From: Candidatus Moraniibacteriota bacterium
Lineage (GTDB): Bacteria; Patescibacteriota; Minisyncoccia; Moranbacterales; UBA2206
Reading direction: 5' to 3'
Length of the DNA stretch: 64,000 bases
NCBI GenBank assembly: GCA_049303795.1
Contig: JBAQNM010000008.1
Location: 18,288-82,287 of the forward strand
The stretch's first letter is position 1; each line of letters starts with the position of its first letter. The translations under genes and the position numbers were made by a program. This document shows positions 28,574 to 37,305 of this stretch, piece after piece. Below the pieces are notes generated by a model, which saw only the letters and a program-made list of their open reading frames with translations, was not told the origin of the DNA and did no database searches.

Positions 28574-30367
28574 CTAATCATTCAATTTGTCAGCTAATTT
28601 ATTCTGTTCCCTAAATAGTGTAGCATCTCGATCAATCAATCCCTGCTCTTCAGCACTAAGCCATTGATTTGTTTCCATTTTGGATAATATCATTCTTGCA
28701 TTTGAAATCCTTTCTGAAATTATAGAGTTTATCCGATTAATATCCTTTTTATGTTCCTTGTAATAAATATCGTATTTCTTCAAATCCTCCCAGCCTGGTT
28801 TTATTTTCTTCAGATCAGAAACAGTTGATCTCCAGGAATCAATATCTGACTGCTTGTAATTCGGTGGCGAATAACCTGCCAAATGTTGAATAATTACTTG
28901 AGTAGGGCAACCATTCATTTCTCCTCGCACAACCGCAACTCCAATATCCTGGTACTCCTTACTTAAAATAAATTCTTTGGATTCCGGAAATTCAAACTGA
29001 TTTTCTATAAGCTCTTCGGAGCTATAATATCCCTGTGTTGGTAATTCTCCATAAACAATATTTGAGTATCCAGCATCACGCATGGCTTTTTTCATACCAT
29101 AACCACTCTTGTCGGCATCAAAAGAAAAATCGGCATATTTCAATATGACATCACCTCGAAGCTTGGCTGATTGTTCGAGTCTTGATTGATATTTTAATGG
29201 TGGCAAGCCTACTTCTTTACGTTTTTCATTTACTAAATTTGTATATTTATTTGTATCTAAAACAACAAGAGAGCTGTTATCAAGGTCATGAGTAGTATCG
29301 CGCCAATTTTTATCAAGCTTACCATGCTGTTTTTCCAAGGGAATGACATTGAGTATATCGTCATAATCAATAACACCTAATTTTGATCTAGAATCTTGGC
29401 TAGCCTTTCTATTATCTCCCATTACAAATATTTTTCCTTCCGGGATTGTTATTGGTTGGCATTCTGAAAAGAATTGACTGCCAAGCGTAGATCTTGGTTC
29501 GGCTATGTAAGGCTCCTTTTGGGGTATATTGTTTAGATAAAAAATTCTATCCCTGATTTCAATAGTATCACCTGGTAAGGCCACTACTCGCTTAATGTAG
29601 CTAGTGTCTTCTTTAGATAGTTCTTTGACCATATCATTTGAAAAAACCACAATATCTCCGCGCTTAATTTCATATGAAAAGAATTTCTGTCCCATAAATT
29701 CAATGCCTGACGGATACGTTATTGTTCTTGTGGGTAAAGTTATTTTTTCAGAATTTTCATCATCTCCCTTCGGAAATGTTGGATACATTGATCCACCCGA
29801 AACCATTATTGGAGAAATCATTTGACCTGTTCTGGTGCCAACAAACCAAGCTGTTGCAATATAGCCACCAATCCACATTGGCAAAATGATGATAAAAGAT
29901 ACAAAAAAAGCTCCTGATTTAAGAGCAAAAGTTTTAAATTTGAATTCTTTCCAATATTGTCTAATACCAAGAGATTTCAACTTTCTAAATAATTCAATTG
30001 GCTGCAAGATATTCCATAAAAGAAATATTGGTAAAATTGTTAGAATAAGAGCAGCTTTTATACATGCAGATATTGGATTATTTTTTGTAATATTTTTCCC
30101 TTGCAATTTATAAGTAATTGCGATTAGTCCAACACTAAAAGAAATTACGCCCATCACAACAGCAAGGACAAGCATCAAAATGTGTGTATTTGAAATTTGA
30201 GTGGCTGTTTTGTTTTCAATCAAAATAAAAATACCAACAAATGCCAGTACACAAAGAAACCAAAATGAAAAAGAAGTTAGAACCAGAGGCGAAAGTTTAT
30301 CTTTTAATTTCGTTATTTTCATAATCAATCTCAATTCCATAATCGTACCCCTCCATGGCTGGAACAT
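28574..30367 (-). CDS. Membrane-anchored signal peptidase I (S26) domain fused to a C-terminal CAP (SCP/PR-1-like) domain
   Basis: Several N-terminal TM helices; SPase boxes VSGGSMYPTFPKGD, YIKRVVALPGDTIE, VMGDNRKASQDSR; C-terminal CAP-like region (GYSNIVYGEL..., HLAGYS). Confidence 0.55.
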   Translation of the reverse strand: MFQPWRGTIMELRLIMKITKLKDKLSPLVLTSFSFWFLCVLAFVGIFILIENKTATQISNTHILMLVLAVVMGVISFSVGLIAITYKLQGKNITKNNPISACIKAALILTILPIFLLWNILQPIELFRKLKSLGIRQYWKEFKFKTFALKSGAFFVSFIIILPMWIGGYIATAWFVGTRTGQMISPIMVSGGSMYPTFPKGDDENSEKITLPTRTITYPSGIEFMGQKFFSYEIKRGDIVVFSNDMVKELSKEDTSYIKRVVALPGDTIEIRDRIFYLNNIPQKEPYIAEPRSTLGSQFFSECQPITIPEGKIFVMGDNRKASQDSRSKLGVIDYDDILNVIPLEKQHGKLDKNWRDTTHDLDNSSLVVLDTNKYTNLVNEKRKEVGLPPLKYQSRLEQSAKLRGDVILKYADFSFDADKSGYGMKKAMRDAGYSNIVYGELPTQGYYSSEELIENQFEFPESKEFILSKEYQDIGVAVVRGEMNGCPTQVIIQHLAGYSPPNYKQSDIDSWRSTVSDLKKIKPGWEDLKKYDIYYKEHKKDINRINSIISERISNARMILSKMETNQWLSAEEQGLIDRDATLFREQNKLADKLND

Positions 30368-30816
30368 GTGCCGGAATTATTTTCCGAATAACTTATAATT
30401 CCGTCATTGCAATATGCCGTTGGCACTCTGAGCGGGAGTGGAAATACATTCATGTTATTACTGAGCATATTGGCTTTGAGTTCTTTGGCTCTAGAAATTG
30501 TATTTTGTGAGTAATCATTCAGTACTTTCCTGCAATAATCAAAATGATGAGTTGATATACGTTGATAATTTTCTATAACCTGCTTACTGCAATCTCCGTC
30601 TGTATCATTGGGTGTGCATGAAAAGGAATTCAGTTCGATGGTGTCGTCTTTATTAAAAGACACTCCAGCAAGGTTTACTTTCTTTGCGAGAAATTTACTT
30701 TCAGTAGAAACCATGCCATTAATATACCCCAATACATATCCGCCCATCACAAAACATATAGCCAATATCAATAGCCAATAATTAAATTTACTTTTATGAT
30801 TTTCTTTGTGTTCCAT
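30331..30816 (-). CDS. Cys-rich membrane-anchored/secreted protein
   Basis: Start trimmed to MEHKENHK (the upstream track ORF runs into a GC-rich structured element); one TM then Cys-rich domain. Confidence 0.4.
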   Translation of the reverse strand: MEHKENHKSKFNYWLLILAICFVMGGYVLGYINGMVSTESKFLAKKVNLAGVSFNKDDTIELNSFSCTPNDTDGDCSKQVIENYQRISTHHFDYCRKVLNDYSQNTISRAKELKANMLSNNMNVFPLPLRVPTAYCNDGIISYSENNSGTCSSHGGVRLWN

Positions 30817-30836
30817 AAAAAATAAGCAACAAAAAA

Positions 30837-30978
30837 GGACAACCTGCTGGTTGTCACACCCAACTGAACACGAACACGAGGTTGCGCTCAATTGTTTTAG
30901 CAAGGTTGCCCTGTTCCAAGAACAACCTCGCCTGATAATCAGGGCGTTCGTGCTAATCATATTCAGTTGAGTGTGACA
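30837..30978. other. GC-rich nested inverted-repeat element (candidate structured RNA or recombination site)
   Basis: gacaacc/ggttgtc; gtcacacccaactgaa vs ttcagttgagtgtgac; cacgaac/gttcgtg; cgaggttg/caacctcg, all nested within about 140 bp. Confidence 0.4.
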
Positions 30979-31067
30979 TTAATAAAATACCATCAAACAG
31001 CTTAATATACAAGTGTTTGATTGATTTTTTCCGCTCGCTAGGGTAGATTAAAGAAAAGGGAAAACTT

Positions 31068-31910
31068 ATGAATGAATTGGCAGCAGAAATTGCGTTTGCT
31101 AGGTATGGCCTTAATCAAAGATTTCAGGCCGTGCATGATCGTGCGGGAAAAGACGACGGCGATCTTTTTTTATCAGCTCGCGATGCCTATATTAGGTATA
31201 TTAGGAATAGTTTAATTTTGGAAAAAATATTAGATGAAGGCTTACTGAGTAAACTTATTCCTAGCGAGGACTTACCTTCTGAAGAACGACCTGATCTATT
31301 TTTTATGACTAATGATGAAGTAGCTGATGAAATAAAAAAGGAATTCGCTACTATTTGCAAAGTACATGACATTCTAACCAAAGGACTCGGTGAGACACTC
31401 TCTTTTGCAATTCCACATAATGCAAGCAATGCGGATACTGCGTATCTTCATAATTCCATATCAGCACAATCTGGACAGCCAGCTCTACGGCAAGATATTT
31501 CAAAAAACAACAAGCCTAATATTCAGCACATAACAGTAGTCAAAGAAACTAATAGGACTAACCGTTTTATAATAATAAACAAAGATTATCCGGAGGCTAT
31601 TGAAGTTAAGGGTTTGAATTTTTCTAAGCATGTTAAGGCATTATCTGATGCTATATTAAGTAAAACTGATACACTGGAAACTGATGACTTTCTACGATGC
31701 ATGAATTTTTTAAATACCCACTCCGGATGCAGGATATACAGAAGTCGTGATGGAAAGTCACAAAAATACCACCTTACAAATATCGTAAGCATCAAAAAAG
31801 CTTTTACTGGTGAGCGTCTAGAGCTAGCTGATAAAATAAAAGCAGAGATAATAACTCATGCGGTCTACCAAAAACGTTTAAGCAATCATACATCCAACAA
31901 GCAGACTTAA
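31068..31910 (+). CDS. Hypothetical protein
   Basis: 280-aa ORF. Confidence 0.35.
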   Translation: MNELAAEIAFARYGLNQRFQAVHDRAGKDDGDLFLSARDAYIRYIRNSLILEKILDEGLLSKLIPSEDLPSEERPDLFFMTNDEVADEIKKEFATICKVHDILTKGLGETLSFAIPHNASNADTAYLHNSISAQSGQPALRQDISKNNKPNIQHITVVKETNRTNRFIIINKDYPEAIEVKGLNFSKHVKALSDAILSKTDTLETDDFLRCMNFLNTHSGCRIYRSRDGKSQKYHLTNIVSIKKAFTGERLELADKIKAEIITHAVYQKRLSNHTSNKQT

Positions 31911-32041
31911 TTAAGTTACTTAACTATTGCATCCATAAAAAAGCGCTTTAAAAGGCGCTTTTTTTCGCTTGTTTTAAGTAACTTGGCTATGTTTTTAAGC
32001 ATGGGTTTCGTGTTTCACTAAATACAGTAACACGAAATCAT

Positions 32042-32209
32042 ATGACTACATTTTCTAAAAAAGAAATAGAAGAATTAGTGAGATTGCATCGCGAGGAATT
32101 GGGATTAGATGTCTCCGAAGAAGAAGCTTGCCAATATGCTACACAGCTAGTGGAACTTTTTCGTGTTGCTTATCGGGACATTCCAGACACTAAATCACCG
32201 CCTTAAAAA
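32042..32209 (+). CDS. Small acidic protein (55 aa) upstream of the primase-like gene
   Basis: ATG 32042 to TAA 32207-32209; MTTFSKKEIEELVRLHREELGLDVSEEEACQYATQLVELFRVAYRDIPDTKSPP. Confidence 0.3.
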
Positions 32210-32210
32210 T

Positions 32211-32777
32211 ATGGAATATAAAGCACCAAAATTTACTGACCGGGAATTGCTTGAGCTTTTCCCTGAAGCCAGGAAAATAATCCCAATAAAAATCAAAGAA
32301 GTTGAGGCAGACATATGTGAAAAGAAAGCTGCTATTGAAGATCAACTAAGGAGGCTTTATTCCATGAAGACGGATAGCTTCTCTGAGTGGTTCGGGGAGG
32401 AACTAATAAGAAAACTCGTTATGCCGGAACTCACCGCTATGGAGAAAAATCTTTTCCGACTGAAGCGCTTCCAGCAGCTGATGCATCCCAAATCAAAAAA
32501 ATCCAATTGGTTCAAGTTTGAAGAAAAGATCGAGGTTGCTAGGAATTATTCGATTGAAGCAGTGGCCCGGGACAAGCTGGAGCTTAAGCAAGCAGGCAAA
32601 AATCTTATTTCACTCTGTCCATTCCATGATGAAAAGACTCCTAGCTTCTATATCTACCCCGAAACAAACTCATTTCATTGTTTTGGGTGCCAGGAACACG
32701 GAGATGTAATTAAATTAACTATGGCTCTCTATTGTCTGGAGTTCAAAGAGGCAGTTGAGTTGCTACAAAACAAATGA
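32211..32777 (+). CDS. DNA primase-type zinc-finger (CHC2) protein
   Basis: CPFHDEKTPSFYIYPETNSFHCFGCQEHGDVIKL is a zf-CHC2 (DnaG-like) motif; start taken at ATG 32211, in frame with track ORF 32163. Confidence 0.5.
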   Translation: MEYKAPKFTDRELLELFPEARKIIPIKIKEVEADICEKKAAIEDQLRRLYSMKTDSFSEWFGEELIRKLVMPELTAMEKNLFRLKRFQQLMHPKSKKSNWFKFEEKIEVARNYSIEAVARDKLELKQAGKNLISLCPFHDEKTPSFYIYPETNSFHCFGCQEHGDVIKLTMALYCLEFKEAVELLQNK

Positions 32778-34102
32778 GTAAAACTACACAATTAGAAGAC
32801 ATCAAAAACGATGTAAAAAACAATACTCCAGCCAAAAACGAGAGATTCGTTAAACTAACCCCAAGAACAAAAATAGGAATTGAGGAGTGGAAAAACATCC
32901 TAAGTGACAACTTTCCCGATCTGGCTTTTGCCGCTGAAGCAGGACTCAGTGTGATTGGACAGTTGCTCATAGATGACGTAAAAAATCCCTTCGCGCTCGT
33001 CTATGTTGACGTTCCATCGTCCGGAAAAACAGTAACATTAAACTTTTTCTCTACCATCAAAGAATTAGTCTTTACGGCAGATGACTTCACTCCGGCATCA
33101 TTCGTTTCACATGCGGCCAACAGAAAGAAAGAAGATTTAGAAAAAATTGATATGCTTCCACAAATACGATACAAAACGCTCTTAGTCAGAGATATGGCGC
33201 CAATTTTTGCCAAAAGAGATGAAGATGTGCAAGAAATGCTCGGGATCTTGATAAGAGTCTTAGATGGTGAAGGATATGAAAAAAGTGGTGGAGTGCATGG
33301 AAAGCGCGGTTATATTGGTGATTATTTGTTTATGCTTCTATCGGCCTCTACTCCAATAAGACCAAGGATCTGGAAAGTGATGGGAAATTTGGGATCGCGG
33401 CTATTTTTCTTCAATATCGATGGCGCAGAAAAAGATGAGCTGGCACTTGCTAACCAGTTAAAAACATCATGCAGAGATAAAGAGATTATCTGCCGTGAAG
33501 CAACAGAGGAATTCATAAAAACACTTTGGAGTAAGTATCCGCAAGGAATCATATGGGACAAGGAAAAAGATGATACGAATCTTACTCAAATCATTGCTCG
33601 CCTAGCTATGGTATTAGCAAAACTTAGAAGTCCCATAAATGTATGGGAGGAAGCAGCTGGGCAGAAAAAATATAACCACACACAAATAATAGTTGAGATG
33701 CCGGATCGATTGAACCAGCTCCTGTATAACGTTACGCGCGGACATGCACTTATTTGTGGACGAAAAAACATAACCCGAGATGATTTAGTGATGACCATAC
33801 GAGTAGCATTGGACTCAGCTTTGCCAAATCGATCCAAAATTTTTAAGCACTTGATTTATAATAATGGCCAGTTAGGCACAAACGAAGTTATGCAAATTCT
33901 TAAATGTTCTAGGCCCACCGCTCTGAAGATAATGCAGGAAATGACTCTTCTTGAATTAGTAGGTACAGATGACGACTTAGAAGACGAATCACATTTTATT
34001 GGCAAACAAGAACAAAACATAATTCTCAAGGATAAATACTCCTGGTTCATTAGCGATGAGTGTAAAAAGTTAATCAGTCACGGTGTCAGAAATGGTTCAT
34101 AA
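32774..34102 (+). CDS. Replication-associated protein with P-loop-like motif
   Basis: VDVPSSGKTVTLNFF Walker-A-like; translationally coupled to the primase zinc-finger gene (overlap ATGA). Confidence 0.4.
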   Translation: MSKTTQLEDIKNDVKNNTPAKNERFVKLTPRTKIGIEEWKNILSDNFPDLAFAAEAGLSVIGQLLIDDVKNPFALVYVDVPSSGKTVTLNFFSTIKELVFTADDFTPASFVSHAANRKKEDLEKIDMLPQIRYKTLLVRDMAPIFAKRDEDVQEMLGILIRVLDGEGYEKSGGVHGKRGYIGDYLFMLLSASTPIRPRIWKVMGNLGSRLFFFNIDGAEKDELALANQLKTSCRDKEIICREATEEFIKTLWSKYPQGIIWDKEKDDTNLTQIIARLAMVLAKLRSPINVWEEAAGQKKYNHTQIIVEMPDRLNQLLYNVTRGHALICGRKNITRDDLVMTIRVALDSALPNRSKIFKHLIYNNGQLGTNEVMQILKCSRPTALKIMQEMTLLELVGTDDDLEDESHFIGKQEQNIILKDKYSWFISDECKKLISHGVRNGS

Positions 34103-34640
34103 AGCAAATCTGACGCTGTGCCAGAAGAATATGGCAAAAAAAGAAAAAAGGAGCAAGAGAACTATTATGGCCATTAAGGAATCTCAAGAAGACGAGATGG
34201 CAGAAGCAATAATGCTCGCAGAATTTGACAGAAAAATGACACCCAAATTCAAAGCTTGGTCAGCTCTGTATATGGACAAGAGCAACAAAGAATATTGGGG
34301 AAATGCCACCAGGTGCGCCCTGGAAACATACAACACAACAAATATTGCGAGCGCAGCACGAATAGGTCACGACAACACAAGAAAACTCAAGATTTTCATA
34401 GGTACAATTTTGGAATATGAAGGAATGGGAATGAGTGAAATGGTAAAGATTGGCGCGGCCAAGATGCTTAAGGGAACATTCCAGGACTGGAAAGAATTGA
34501 TGATTATGGCGGGATATTATGATCCAAATTACAAACCAGACGTGGAAATAAACATAGGAGCTATCTACAATATCGCCAACTTGAGTGCCGATATTGCAAA
34601 GGCTAGAAGAGATCGAGGGCTCGACAAAATTAGGCACTAG
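34083..34640 (+). CDS. Hypothetical protein
   Basis: 185-aa ORF. Confidence 0.3.
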   Translation: MSEMVHKANLTLCQKNMAKKEKRSKRTIMAIKESQEDEMAEAIMLAEFDRKMTPKFKAWSALYMDKSNKEYWGNATRCALETYNTTNIASAARIGHDNTRKLKIFIGTILEYEGMGMSEMVKIGAAKMLKGTFQDWKELMIMAGYYDPNYKPDVEINIGAIYNIANLSADIAKARRDRGLDKIRH

Positions 34641-34694
34641 CTATTATTCGTGTTTCGGGTATTGTGTTGTTACAAAACCCAAACAAAAAAAGAA

Positions 34695-36311
34695 ATGAAT
34701 CAAGAAATTGCTAAACCAATTAAATATTTCCTCTATGCAAGAAAGTCCTCTGAAAGCGAGGATCGCCAAATGCAATCCATTGAGGCTCAGATAGGAGAAC
34801 TTACCCAAATAGCCGAACAGCAAAACATAGAAGTTGTGCGGGTATTTTCTGAATCCAAATCGGCCAAGGCTCCGGGTCGAGAAGTATTTGAGGACATGAT
34901 AAAAAGAATCAAGAAAGGCGAAGCTAATGGAATAGTCTGCTGGAAATTAAATCGCCTAGCTAGAAATCCAGTGGACGGCGGAGAAATAAGCTGGATGCTT
35001 CAGCAAGGAATAATCCAGCATGTCCTAACCTTTGGAAGAAACTACTATCCGAGCGACAATGTCTTGATGATGGCGGTAGAGCTCGGCATGGCCAACCAAT
35101 TCATTCGCGACTTGAGTGTAGACACCAAGCGAGGGCTTCGCCTTAAAGCTGAGAAAGGCTGGTGTCCCAATATGAGCGTCTTGGGCTATACCTACAATCC
35201 AAATAAAATCAAAGGAGAAAAAGAAATAATAAATGATCCAGCAAGATTTGATTTAGTGAAGAAAATGTGGAAGACGGTTATCTCGAGAAAATATACCGTC
35301 AATGAAACTTACAACCTAGCGATAAAAGAATGGGGTCTCACAAACAGAAAAGGTGGCAAAGTCTCGATCGCTTCATGGTATGCCATGCTTCATAACCCCT
35401 TCTACTATGGCTGGTTTGAATTTCCTAAAGGCAGTGGCAATTGGATTCAAGGTAAGCACGAACCCATGATAACTAGAACAGAATTTGATAAGATTCAAGC
35501 GATGCTTGGCCTGAGGGGAAATACGCGTCCTAAAAACTACGACTTTGCCTATACTGGAATAATGCGCTGTAAAATTTGCGGGGCTATGATTACGGCTGAG
35601 AATAAAACTAAAAAGAATAAAAATGGAAATGTTCATCATTACATTTTCTACCATTGCTCAAAAAGGAGAGATCCAAACTGCCCCGGAAGAAAATCTGTGG
35701 AAGAGAAAAAACTAGAAGAACAAATTCAACAGCTCATACAAACAATCGACATCCCGCCCGGCTTCAAGGAATTCGCAATCCAGCACCTCAAAAAGAATTA
35801 TGCCGAAGAACTGGGAGCTGGTAAGCGGATCCACGACAGCCAAACTCGAGCCCTTGAGGCCAGTAAAAATAAACTTAGTAGACTTGTAGACATGCGGCTC
35901 AATAACGAGCTGTCAGAGGCAGAATTCAGCTTCAAGAAGCAAGAATTACGCAAGGAACAAGAGCTCTTGGACAATGCCCTGAGGAATGAAGAAGCTCCAA
36001 AGGAAACTTGGATGGAAAAACTGGAAAAGACCATGGATGTTGCCGAGGATATTTGCGAAAGGTTCAAAAATGGAGATTGGCGCGGCAAAAAACAACTGGT
36101 TGCGAGCCTTGGCCAAGACCTCCATATGAAAGACAGCCAGTTTGTTATCGGAGAAGAAAACCCAATTCTCCGAATAAAGAAGATCGCAAAGACTTCTAGG
36201 GCAATTTACGAAAAAGCAACGGACCCGCCGGATAGTAAGGAGATGGAACTTGCCTACGCCAGCTCTACGAAACTTCAAGGACAACTAAAGGAATTGGTCA
36301 GAGAAAAATAA
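34695..36311 (+). CDS. Large serine recombinase (integrase)
   Basis: Catalytic YARKSS; resolvase domain, recombinase domain, Cys-rich zinc ribbon (CKICGAMI...CSKRRDPNCPG), coiled-coil C-terminus; start taken at MNQEIAK within track ORF 34650. Confidence 0.85.
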   Translation: MNQEIAKPIKYFLYARKSSESEDRQMQSIEAQIGELTQIAEQQNIEVVRVFSESKSAKAPGREVFEDMIKRIKKGEANGIVCWKLNRLARNPVDGGEISWMLQQGIIQHVLTFGRNYYPSDNVLMMAVELGMANQFIRDLSVDTKRGLRLKAEKGWCPNMSVLGYTYNPNKIKGEKEIINDPARFDLVKKMWKTVISRKYTVNETYNLAIKEWGLTNRKGGKVSIASWYAMLHNPFYYGWFEFPKGSGNWIQGKHEPMITRTEFDKIQAMLGLRGNTRPKNYDFAYTGIMRCKICGAMITAENKTKKNKNGNVHHYIFYHCSKRRDPNCPGRKSVEEKKLEEQIQQLIQTIDIPPGFKEFAIQHLKKNYAEELGAGKRIHDSQTRALEASKNKLSRLVDMRLNNELSEAEFSFKKQELRKEQELLDNALRNEEAPKETWMEKLEKTMDVAEDICERFKNGDWRGKKQLVASLGQDLHMKDSQFVIGEENPILRIKKIAKTSRAIYEKATDPPDSKEMELAYASSTKLQGQLKELVREK

Positions 36312-36495
36312 CTCCACGCGAAAAATGCGAGGAGTTATTTTTTTATTCTATCAGATTTCCAAATTTAGGTTCGAACCTCTTCGAAATCCCATTATTACAG
36401 GGTTAAATGCGTTTTTTGGTCATTATCAGTCCTGTTCTCGTCAGGCCTATTTTTTGATAGGTTCGAACCTCCTGAATTTGGCTTATATAACGCAC

Positions 36496-36522
36496 AAACC
36501 ACCTCTTTTGAAGGTGGTTTCT
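36496..36522. terminator. Hairpin
   Basis: aaaccacctcttttgaaggtggttt, 9-bp stem. Confidence 0.4.
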
Positions 36523-36530
36523 GCGCAATG

Positions 36531-36603
36531 CTCCGCGACCAGGACTCGAACCTGGAACAAATTGATTAACAGTCAATTGCTCTACCATTGAGCTATCGCG
36601 GAA
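36531..36603 (-). tRNA. tRNA-Asn (GTT)
   Basis: Reverse complement TTCCGCGATAGCTCAATGGTAGAGCAATTGACTGTTAATCAATTTGTTCCAGGTTCGAGTCCTGGTCGCGGAG folds as a cloverleaf; anticodon loop CTGTTAA. Confidence 0.85.
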
Positions 36604-36843
36604 TATTTAATATACAAAACAAAATAAGTATAACAAGGGATTTAAAATAAATCAATAGTCGGGCTTAAATATAGTATTTTCTTATAATTTTTAAATTTTA
36701 ATAAAATGTAAATTTGAACCTTTTCAGATAAACTTACCTGTGGATAACTTTTTATTTGCAGGAATAAAATTGACAATATTATTTCATAAAACTGCTTTAA
36801 ATAGGCGTAATTAGTTATTCATATAAAATCAGTAGAAAAAGAC

Positions 36844-36872
36844 TTGACAATAATTTAGAATGATATATACTG
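36844..36872 (+). promoter_or_regulatory. Consensus-like sigma70 promoter (TTGACA-16-TATACT)
   Basis: ttgacaataatttagaatgatatatact. Confidence 0.45.
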
Positions 36873-36977
36873 AAGATAATAAGTTCTTTATAAACAACAA
36901 AAAGTGAAACCCGAGCAGGAATGCAAATAAAAATACTTGGCGATTATGTCAGGGATAAAACGATGAATTCAATGATT

Positions 36978-37227
36978 TCATCTTCACCCTCAAACTTACA
37001 TCTCCTTGTACTTTATTTCCCTCCTACCTCATTCTTCTTTCCTTTACCACCACCCAATCCCTTTCCACCTTATTCCCCTCTTCTTCCTCCTTCTCTTTCT
37101 TCCTTCTCCTCCTTCCTCATCCTCACCTTTCCTTTTCCCTTCCTCCCCTCTCCCTTCTCCTCCCTCACCCACTTTTATTCCTCTCCTTCATTCCTTCCTC
37201 CCCCTTTCACTTTTACCCCCCCCGAAG
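36978..37227 (+). repeat. About 250-bp polypyrimidine (C/T-only) low-complexity tract with at least 6 CCTCC motifs
   Basis: Virtually no purines on the + strand across the tract; stands out against an AT-rich genome. Confidence 0.7.
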
Positions 37228-37305
37228 ATTAAATTAATGCATTTAATCTTCTTTTTCTTTACATATCAAGTTTATAATTCATATAACAACTTAAAATATA
37301 AAAAA

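Noticed and set aside
36340-36480. Second tRNA gene next to tRNA-Asn
   Set aside because: GGTTCGAACC motifs are present, but they lie in a perfect palindrome with no cloverleaf. Interpreted as an att or tRNA-fragment scar.
36403-36588. 61-aa minus-strand ORF
   Set aside because: It overlaps tRNA-Asn and the palindrome region; an artefact of translating a structured-RNA or att region.
36921-37305. ORFs translated through the CT-rich tract (Pro/Ser/Phe/Leu-rich)
   Set aside because: Low-complexity translation of a polypyrimidine repeat. The real TrmB-like gene starts at ATG 37306 with a conserved N-terminus.
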